Of a stretch of DNA of 64,000 nt, positions 57,089 to 64,000 are shown one piece after another; within the stretch, counting starts at the first letter, position 1; every line of letters starts with the position of its first letter. Location of the stretch: IMG/VR virus record IMGVR_UViG_3300045988_131786, positions 86,055-150,054 of that record; one strand, 5' to 3'. This stretch comes from a virus. A program made the position numbers and the translations under genes. Below the pieces are notes generated by a model. The model was given only the letters and a program-made list of their open reading frames with translations, ran no database searches and had not been told where the DNA came from.

Positions 57089-58336
57089 TTACATTAATTC
57101 AGCTTGTTCAGCTATTTTACTTCTATAAATTTTTTGTAATTCAATTTCACCATAATAGTCGCAACCTCTGAATACCTCAGACATTTTTCGCATACCATTA
57201 TTTGCACCACTATATAAAATTGAATCTACTTGATGTTTGGTATCTCCATCAATAATACAAATACTATCTTCTCCAATACGTTGAAGAGCAAGTCTCATTA
57301 ATTCAACACTTAAATTTTGAGCTTCTGTAATATATATGCCTGCATTTAATCCAGTAGTATCAAATCCACGTAAGTCAGACATTGGTAATAACATAAGTTT
57401 TCTGTCAGTAATTAATCTTTCTACTTCAATTCTATCGCCAAGTTTGCTAGAAAGCATATTACCTATTTGTGAATCCAATAACTTATCATTTTTATCGCCT
57501 GGATAATAGCCAAGTTTTGCGGCGCCTTGAGCGGCAATTGTATTACAAAATACTATAATTTTATCTATCTTGCGCTTTTCAAGCTGCTCAAATAGAAAAC
57601 CGAGACTTAAATAACTTTTACCAGAACCCGCACGTCCTTGAATCATTGTAATTTGATTATTATTAAAAGATTCTAAAGCTGCGCATTGGTAAGCATCTTT
57701 TGGAGTAATTTTACCAAACATATAACTTTCAGTTTTATAATAATGAAGTTGTTCAAATCCATTCTCAGTTCTTTTATATTTATCTACTATTTCTCCTTGC
57801 GGATTTTTAATAAATAAATATTCATTAATTAAACAATTGAATTTTTTAGAAATTTCCTTGTCAAATAAATCTGCATAAATTTGTGCTAATTCTTCATCAG
57901 AAGAATAAGTAATTTCTTTAAATCCTGTATAATCATCAGTGCTTTTTTCTACAACTGAGATTATATGGTCATTATCAAAGAAAATTGTTGCTAGTGATCT
58001 TAAGCATAAATCATTAGAACAAAAATAAACTTCGTCAGGATAATTATAAGCAGAAATTAAGATTCTACTATCATTATTATCTGGTAAATTATATTTTTTA
58101 ATTAATTCAGATAAATCATAATAAATATCAGTAATGAACTTTTCTTTATTTTTATCTAAAATTCTAGTTAAATGCCTTGCGGCATATTTAACATCAGCAT
58201 CTTTTTTATCAGAACTTTTTATGTCTTCCAATTCCCGCAATGAAACTGAAGAGATAATTACTTGTTCTTCTGGATTATCAAATAAAGTATCTGCAGTTAA
58301 TAGCAGACTACAAGTATCATAATAGATATTTCTCAT
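57089..58336 (-). CDS. PIN-domain plus PhoH-like ATPase fusion (PhoH2/YlaK type)
   Basis: N-terminal PIN-like YYDTCSLL...D. C-terminal Walker A GRAGSGKSYLSLG followed by PhoH-like motifs. Confidence 0.65.
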   Translation of the reverse strand: MRNIYYDTCSLLLTADTLFDNPEEQVIISSVSLRELEDIKSSDKKDADVKYAARHLTRILDKNKEKFITDIYYDLSELIKKYNLPDNNDSRILISAYNYPDEVYFCSNDLCLRSLATIFFDNDHIISVVEKSTDDYTGFKEITYSSDEELAQIYADLFDKEISKKFNCLINEYLFIKNPQGEIVDKYKRTENGFEQLHYYKTESYMFGKITPKDAYQCAALESFNNNQITMIQGRAGSGKSYLSLGFLFEQLEKRKIDKIIVFCNTIAAQGAAKLGYYPGDKNDKLLDSQIGNMLSSKLGDRIEVERLITDRKLMLLPMSDLRGFDTTGLNAGIYITEAQNLSVELMRLALQRIGEDSICIIDGDTKHQVDSILYSGANNGMRKMSEVFRGCDYYGEIELQKIYRSKIAEQAELM

Positions 58337-58584
58337 TCGTCTTCTTCTGCCTCGCTTTCGTCCTCTTCTACTGTTGGTTCTGTAATAAAACCTATTGAGT
58401 TAGAAGTGGTTTCTTGTGGTTGACTTGCTTTTTCATAATCGGCTCGTAATTTAGCTATTTGAACTTGCATTTTTCCTTTTTCAACTTCGCATTTTTGAAG
58501 TATTAAACTAGAAAAAGAATCAAACAACTCAAGTCCTGCTTTTGCTGTAAACATGCCAAGTAAGAAATATTTTAATTTATTCAT
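58333..58584 (-). CDS. Small protein with an N-terminal hydrophobic segment and an acidic tail
   Basis: ORF with FLLGMFTAKAGL and a C-terminal EEDESEAEEDE. Confidence 0.3.
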   Translation of the reverse strand: MNKLKYFLLGMFTAKAGLELFDSFSSLILQKCEVEKGKMQVQIAKLRADYEKASQPQETTSNSIGFITEPTVEEDESEAEEDE

Positions 58585-58633
58585 ATATTTTCCTTCTTAT
58601 ATAGATTTATAATTTTTAAATTAAAATATTTAT

Positions 58634-59059
58634 TTATTTTTGACCTCTATTACGATTGCGCCTGATTTTTTGGTAAAACTTTTCCTTTTCCGCGATGTAT
58701 TCTATTAAGGTATCTTTCATTTCTTTAAGGGAATTTTCATTTTCTTTAATATCTTTTTCTCTTCTTCTAATTTCTTTTATAAGTAATTTAACTTCACGAT
58801 TTTCTTCATTATAGTATGGATTAAATTTAAGCAAACTATGAAAATCTTTTAAAGCTTTTAATTCTTTTTTAGATTCTTTAATTAAACGCTTTAGAAATTT
58901 AATATTGGCACGAGTTTCTGCAATCTGTAATCCAGTTTTTTCATTCATCATATCTGCATCTTCTGGATGGCAATGAGCTTCACCATCATAAATACTTCCA
59001 TCATTATCTATAATAGTATATTTAGCAATTCCATTATGATATATATAAGTTGTTTTCAT
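58634..59059 (-). CDS. Hypothetical coiled-coil protein
   Basis: ORF. Confidence 0.35.
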   Translation of the reverse strand: MKTTYIYHNGIAKYTIIDNDGSIYDGEAHCHPEDADMMNEKTGLQIAETRANIKFLKRLIKESKKELKALKDFHSLLKFNPYYNEENREVKLLIKEIRRREKDIKENENSLKEMKDTLIEYIAEKEKFYQKIRRNRNRGQK

Positions 59060-59194
59060 ATATCGAATCTCCTTTATTTTATTAAAAAATTATACAATAA
59101 AATAAGGTAATTATCAAATTTAGACATTTTGCTCAAAAAATTTGTATAGGCGAGTGGAAACCAACAAGCGGACCTGACACTAGATACGGGTATT

Positions 59195-59225
59195 AAAAAA
59201 GGAGACCTATAAAAGGTCTCCTCAT
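59195..59225 (-). terminator. Rho-independent terminator downstream of the flotillin-like gene
   Basis: On the - strand, ggagacc ttttata ggtctcc followed by tttttt. Confidence 0.6.
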
Positions 59226-59227
59226 AA

Positions 59228-60775
59228 TTACTCATTTGTATCTATATTTGTTTCTTTAAAAGATTCAACAGCTTTTGTTCCAAGAACGCCAGCTAAAAGA
59301 GATTTAATGTCAATACCAAGAGATTCACTTAGTCCCTCAGAAACCTGAGTTACATTAGTCATAATATCTCCAGCAAGTTTAGATGTATCTCCGCCAAACA
59401 TCATAATCTTATCAACATTTGTATATCCTTTACCAACAGCTTCAGCGATTGCAGGTAACTGCTCGAAGTAAAGTTTAAGTGTTTCAAGTTTCATGTTAAT
59501 AACCGCCGCATCCTGGTAGTTTTTCATTGCTTCCGCTTTCTTCTGAAGACCTTCTGCTTCAGCTTCAAGTTTAGCTTTAATTGCAGCAGCTTCAGCCTCA
59601 CCTTTAGCTTTTGTTGCAGCTGCATCAGCTTCACCCTGAGCTTTTACTGCATCTGCAAGTGCTTTTTTAGCTTCAGAATCTCTCTGTGCTTCTGCAAGAG
59701 CTGCTTCTGCCTGTTTTGTTCTTTCAAACAATTCAGCCTCAGATTTCTTCTGAGTTTCATACAGTTTAGCATCAGCTCTCTGCTGTGCTGCATACTTCTC
59801 AGCTTCAGCGGTCTTTTTAACTTCAGCTTCCAGAGCGCGCTCTTTGATAGCGACTTCTCTTTCTTTTAACTCAATCTGTTTTTCTTGACGAGCAATATCT
59901 GCTTCAGTAGCAGCAACATCTTTAACCTGACGCTGTCTCTCATCCTCAATAGCTTTTGCTGCAGCAGCCTGCGCTTTGCGGGTATCCGCACTTTTCTTTA
60001 AATCTGCCTGTTTGATTTCAAATTCATTGTTACGAACTGCAATTTGTTCAGCAGCTGCAACTTTAGCATCATTGGCAGCTTTAGAGTTCTGAGCTTCTGC
60101 AATAGCAACTTCTCTTTCAGCATTAGACTTAGCAATAGCAGCATTTTTAGAAATCTGTGCCATATTGTCCTGACCAAGAGCAGTGATAAGATTTTTCTCA
60201 TCCTCTAACTTCTGAATATTGCAGGACTCAATCCAAATACCAAGAGCATTCATGTCCTTCTGTGCTTTTGCTTGAACTTCATCTCCAAAAGCCTTACGGT
60301 CATTACATAACTGCTTTAATTCCTGGGTTCCAATGATTTCTCTCATGTTACCCTGTAAAGAATCCTGCAAAGACTGCTCAATCTGCTCTTTAGACATATT
60401 AAGGAAGTTTTTCATAGCTGCGGCAACCATCTCAGAGGTAATACCTTTTTCTTCATCTTTAAGGTCATTCTCAGTAAGGACTCTTACTTTTGCAACTGCA
60501 TCAATATTTACACCAATAAAATCCTTAGTTGGAATATAACCATTTGTTTTAATGTCAATAGACATCTGACGCAATGTTAAAGTATCCAAACGTTCAAAGA
60601 AAGGAATCTTAATACCGGCTTTACCAATTAAAATTCTAGGTTCTTTGTGGAAACCAGAAATAATGTAAGCTGTATCCGGTGGAGCTTTAACATATCCTGA
60701 AGCAATTACCGCGATAACGACAACCGCAAGTAAAACAAAGGGTACGAACGGTAAGATAGTTGTTAGAAAATTCAT
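59228..60775 (-). CDS. Flotillin / SPFH (band 7) domain membrane protein
   Basis: N-terminal transmembrane helix ILPFVPFVLLAVVVIAVIASG. SPFH core GVNIDAVAKVRV... Long Ala/Glu/Lys-rich coiled coil (EAEAA...) typical of the flotillin family. Confidence 0.75.
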   Translation of the reverse strand: MNFLTTILPFVPFVLLAVVVIAVIASGYVKAPPDTAYIISGFHKEPRILIGKAGIKIPFFERLDTLTLRQMSIDIKTNGYIPTKDFIGVNIDAVAKVRVLTENDLKDEEKGITSEMVAAAMKNFLNMSKEQIEQSLQDSLQGNMREIIGTQELKQLCNDRKAFGDEVQAKAQKDMNALGIWIESCNIQKLEDEKNLITALGQDNMAQISKNAAIAKSNAEREVAIAEAQNSKAANDAKVAAAEQIAVRNNEFEIKQADLKKSADTRKAQAAAAKAIEDERQRQVKDVAATEADIARQEKQIELKEREVAIKERALEAEVKKTAEAEKYAAQQRADAKLYETQKKSEAELFERTKQAEAALAEAQRDSEAKKALADAVKAQGEADAAATKAKGEAEAAAIKAKLEAEAEGLQKKAEAMKNYQDAAVINMKLETLKLYFEQLPAIAEAVGKGYTNVDKIMMFGGDTSKLAGDIMTNVTQVSEGLSESLGIDIKSLLAGVLGTKAVESFKETNIDTNE

Positions 60776-60827
60776 AAATTCTTTTCTCCTTTTTATTTAG
60801 TTTTCAATGTACTATTTATTCAAAAAG

Positions 60828-61390
60828 CTACACAGCTTTTTGTTCATTAAATTTAATTTTCATATCTTCAATAATTGTATCTAAAGAAACTGGAAAACAA
60901 TTATGTGCATCAACTGCTACATTATACAGATATGAAATATTATTATAAAACTTATCTTTAAAATGCGTATGACCCGAAAGCCCGCAAATAGCTTGATGAA
61001 GAGATTTAATTTCTCCATTACTTGTTACTGTTGGATAATGACTTAAATAAAAATGATATTTTTTATATTTAAGCATTGTAGCATATCCTTCATCAATAAT
61101 GCCGATTTCAGAGTAAAGGCGGCATCGAGTCGAGGTATCGTGATTCCCACGAACGAAATGTTTATTTCCATTTAATTGCCGCAGACATTCAAGTCCATGT
61201 TCATTATCGCATAACATCAAATCACCAAGAATATACAAATCGTCTTCTGGTTTTACGATTGAATTAAAATTCTTAATAATTGCTTCATTATGCTCTTCAA
61301 CAGAAGTAAAACCTCTTGGTTCATAAATAAAATCTTTATTATGACCTAACCAAAGTGGAGATCACTTGTTAAATAAATCATTCCACTCAT
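60828..61390 (-). pseudogene. Calcineurin-like metallophosphoesterase whose frame breaks about 15 codons after the start. It could be a frameshifted pseudogene, a sequencing indel or a recoding site.
   Basis: Frame A 61390..61346 reads MSGMIYLTSDLHFG then a stop. Frame B, at -1, continues WLGHNKDFIYEPRGFTSVEEHNEAIIKNFNSIVKPEDDLYILGD...GNHD...GHTH. Confidence 0.5.
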
Positions 61391-61391
61391 T

Positions 61392-62135
61392 TTATTCTTC
61401 ACCAACCTTTCTCCATATTCGTCCTCCTACGGTTGAATACCGAGAAGAACCAGCTATACATTTTCCAATGCTTTGTCTATTTATTTTTTCTACTCTTGAT
61501 GCTTCACTAATACTATCATAATAAACAATATCTTTAGGATTATCTTTTTTTATACCATAAATAGCAGTTCTCCTTTTTCGAGTTTTCATTTCTGGAATAA
61601 TAACTTTATTATTTTCATCTAAATAACGAAAAATTAATCCATTACAAGAATAAACGTCTCCATCGCAAATTTGTTTAACTGAACTTGCTCTTGCGTCTCT
61701 ATCCCAACCTTGTTTTTCAGCTGCGTCATGAAGAGAATTATAAATTTCTAAAATTTCATTTTTTTCATTTACTAAAGCACATTTTTTACTAACTTTTTTA
61801 ATATATTTTTGAGTATTTTCATGTGCAAGAGAATTTGATGTTGTGCAAGTTGTTTGATTATATCCGTTAGGAACTAAAGAACTATAATGAATAATTTCAT
61901 AATGCTCATAACCCTGCATTTCTTCTATTGTTAAAAAATCATCTTTTAAAATTTCAAAAGAAAAATTTTTAACTCCATATTTTCTAAAAGCCTTATACAA
62001 GGGATAATTATACTGAGGATTATTTTTATTAAAAGCGGCATTAATATGCTCTTTCCATCTTTTATTAACCCTTGTACTAGAACCAATATAAATTTTATTA
62101 TTTATTTTATTAGTAATTTTATAAACAGTTTTCAT
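61392..62135 (-). CDS. Free-standing GIY-YIG homing endonuclease (Seg-like)
   Basis: VYKITNKINNKIYIGSS...R...H...N motifs. Its stop codon abuts the start of the phosphoesterase gene. Confidence 0.75.
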   Translation of the reverse strand: MKTVYKITNKINNKIYIGSSTRVNKRWKEHINAAFNKNNPQYNYPLYKAFRKYGVKNFSFEILKDDFLTIEEMQGYEHYEIIHYSSLVPNGYNQTTCTTSNSLAHENTQKYIKKVSKKCALVNEKNEILEIYNSLHDAAEKQGWDRDARASSVKQICDGDVYSCNGLIFRYLDENNKVIIPEMKTRKRRTAIYGIKKDNPKDIVYYDSISEASRVEKINRQSIGKCIAGSSRYSTVGGRIWRKVGEE

Positions 62136-62237
62136 ATATAATATACTCCTTTTTCTTTCATTATATTATATAAAAAAGAAAAATAATATATTATATATTT
62201 TTGACCTACATTTTAGACATTATGACAAAAATGTAAA

Positions 62238-62765
62238 TCACTGGTCAGGTAAATCAATTGTAATACCTCCTTCATTTACTTTAGCGATTGCAAAATAAGT
62301 ATATTTTTCAGAAAAAGTTGGTTTTTCAAACTGTTCATTCATTCTACGAATAACTCCTCTAGGAACATAAGCGAGTTCATCGTTTTTTCTTAATTCATTT
62401 CTGCTTAAACAAGTTTCAAGAGGAAGCTCAAAGCTAAAAGGAATAATTTTAACATCTTTAAGATTTAAACTATCAAGTAATTTATTTCTTGATTTCTGAT
62501 TAAGCTGAGTAGCATCCGCAATAACAAAATCAATTTTTTCATCAAGATATTTCTGAATAGTATCAATATATTCTTTCCAAACTTCTTTTTCTTTATCAAA
62601 ATATTGAATATTTTTATTTTCACGAAGTTTAGCAAAACGAATAGCATCTCTTGAAACTATTTCAAAAGTATTCTTTCCAATTCCGTCTACAATTTCTTTT
62701 ATAGAACGAAAAGTAGTAGATTTTCCAGAACCAGGTATTCCACAAGCAACATATAAAGTTGTCAT
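62238..62765 (-). CDS. P-loop polynucleotide kinase-like (AAA_33 / Pnk N-terminal domain-like) protein
   Basis: LYVACGIPGSGKSTTF Walker A plus RDAIR. About 175 aa, as in the kinase domains of T4 Pnk-like enzymes. Confidence 0.5.
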   Translation of the reverse strand: MTTLYVACGIPGSGKSTTFRSIKEIVDGIGKNTFEIVSRDAIRFAKLRENKNIQYFDKEKEVWKEYIDTIQKYLDEKIDFVIADATQLNQKSRNKLLDSLNLKDVKIIPFSFELPLETCLSRNELRKNDELAYVPRGVIRRMNEQFEKPTFSEKYTYFAIAKVNEGGITIDLPDQ

Positions 62766-62766
62766 A

Positions 62767-63036
62767 TTAAATCAACTCTCCCTTTAAATATTCTAAACTT
62801 TCTTCTAACTCTTCTTTAAAAACTCCATCTTCAAAATCCTGTTTAAATTGAAATACATCTTCTTCATTTCTACATTCTACATGATTTACTTCAATGCGAC
62901 AATGTGGACAATACATTTTTTTTCTGTGAAATCTTGCCTTCTGCCCGCCTTTTTTCCTTGGCAAGTCATAGCTTTTATTGCCACATTTCATACAATAAAA
63001 GCTATTAAATACAATATTATTATTTCTTCTTCCCAT
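62767..63036 (-). CDS. Small zinc-ribbon protein
   Basis: CMKCGN...CPHCR cysteine pairs. Confidence 0.35.
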   Translation of the reverse strand: MGRRNNNIVFNSFYCMKCGNKSYDLPRKKGGQKARFHRKKMYCPHCRIEVNHVECRNEEDVFQFKQDFEDGVFKEELEESLEYLKGELI

Positions 63037-63103
63037 TTCTTTTCTTTTCCTTATCTTTAATTGATAAATATATTATATAATAATTTTAATAATTTATCAA
63101 TTA

Positions 63104-63784
63104 TTATACTTTAAAGTAAATGGTTTCAAAGGTTTCAAGGTCTAAAAGAGCTATTGTGTTAGTCCAAAAGGAACCACAATCAATATCAATTTTATGACCA
63201 AGGGCATATGTATATACATATGGCTCTGATTCATCATCTACATCTGCAATATAGCACCAAGGTGTATGTCCATGTACTACATATACATCGGGAAACTCTT
63301 TAAAGTCAAAAGCATCATGAATATGTTTTCTATCCCAAATAAAATCAGTAAGTTTAGAGCCAGGAGTAAAACCAGCATGTGACAATACAACAATTTTGCC
63401 ATCTTTCCGGTAATAGGTTGCAGTTTTCTGGAGCCCCATAATTTTGCGGCACCAAGTTAAATTTGCCCCATCTGCTTCCCATTGTTCACAAGTGGATTTT
63501 CCGCCATTTCTTACATGAAGATAAAAATTATCTCCGCAAAAATAACCATATTTGCTATAATCATCAATGCTTTTAGCTAACATATCCTCATGGTTTCCTT
63601 TAAGAAAAATAAATTGTGGGTCATAATAAATTGACTTAAAACATTTCCAAGGCTCTGGACCACGGTCAACAGCATCACCTAAAAAATATACTTTATCTTC
63701 TGGACCGATAAAGTCTTTAATTTTTTTATAAAGACTATAAACGCCATGAATATCTGAACAACAATATGTACTCATTTTAATCAC
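63104..63784 (-). CDS. Calcineurin-like metallophosphoesterase (Ser/Thr phosphatase or 2',3'-phosphatase-like)
   Basis: CCSDIHG, GDAVDRG, GNHE and VVHGHT motifs in the canonical order. Confidence 0.7.
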   Translation of the reverse strand: MIKMSTYCCSDIHGVYSLYKKIKDFIGPEDKVYFLGDAVDRGPEPWKCFKSIYYDPQFIFLKGNHEDMLAKSIDDYSKYGYFCGDNFYLHVRNGGKSTCEQWEADGANLTWCRKIMGLQKTATYYRKDGKIVVLSHAGFTPGSKLTDFIWDRKHIHDAFDFKEFPDVYVVHGHTPWCYIADVDDESEPYVYTYALGHKIDIDCGSFWTNTIALLDLETFETIYFKV

Positions 63785-63949
63785 TCCTATTAGAATCTCA
63801 TTACTGGTAAGCCTTCTTCTTTTAGCTTTTGATAAATATCTTCTTCTCTGACATCATACCAGGTAGGATGTTCATGTTGAATTAATTGTATCGCTAAAGT
63901 TTCACATACATCCTGTAACTGACTTTTTTCACAACCGCCAAATTCAATC
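63785..63949 (-). CDS. Small hypothetical ORF (about 54 aa), absent from the ORF track
   Basis: ATG...TAA ORF on the - strand (MIEFGGCEKSQLQDV...). It overlaps the next upstream coding region, which is cut off by the window end. Confidence 0.2.
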
Positions 63950-64000
63950 ATTATTAAATCCTCCCTTTAATTTATATATATAAATTAAAGAACTCTCAGA

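Overview
This window looks like part of a large, AT-rich (roughly one-third GC) tailed-phage genome, probably virulent and infecting an anaerobic low-GC Gram-positive host. Two modules are divided by a strand switch near 21.6 kb. On the + strand (1 to 21,573) is a tail and host-recognition module. It holds a partial Thr/Gly-rich fibre-like gene and a giant protein of about 2,627 aa that has a concanavalin/LamG-like segment and a C-terminal BspA-type leucine-rich-repeat region. It also holds an Ig-like-domain protein and a paralogous short protein, a long internally repetitive tail fibre, a three-unit cassette array whose 47-nt 5' module is nucleotide-identical in every copy, and small membrane or structural-accessory genes. 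On the - strand (21,604 to 64,000) is a DNA replication and nucleotide metabolism module. It encodes a RuvC-like resolvase, dUTPase, anaerobic RNR NrdD/NrdG, guanylate-kinase-like kinase, DnaE-type Pol III alpha, Dda/RecD-like helicase, S24-like peptidase, RecJ-like DHH exonuclease and DnaG-like primase. It also encodes an intron-split DnaB-like helicase, a Sak4-like ATPase, an intron-split ThyX-fold protein with a replaced active-site motif, NAD-dependent ligase, type II topoisomerase subunits and RNase H. Further on are a lysis pair (endolysin with SH3b-like repeats plus putative holin), PIN-PhoH, a flotillin/SPFH protein, and a polynucleotide-kinase-like gene flanked by two calcineurin-like phosphoesterases, one of them frameshifted. 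Two group I introns with about 90% identical core segments carry different homing endonucleases, one GIY-YIG and one zinc-ribbon/Vsr-like. Two more GIY-YIG proteins are present: one free-standing, one fused behind a transmembrane coiled coil. Gene starts in the ORF track were corrected wherever a Shine-Dalgarno-like motif pointed to a different start. No rRNA, CRISPR array, integrase or transposase was recognised. I could not do a proper tRNA search by eye.
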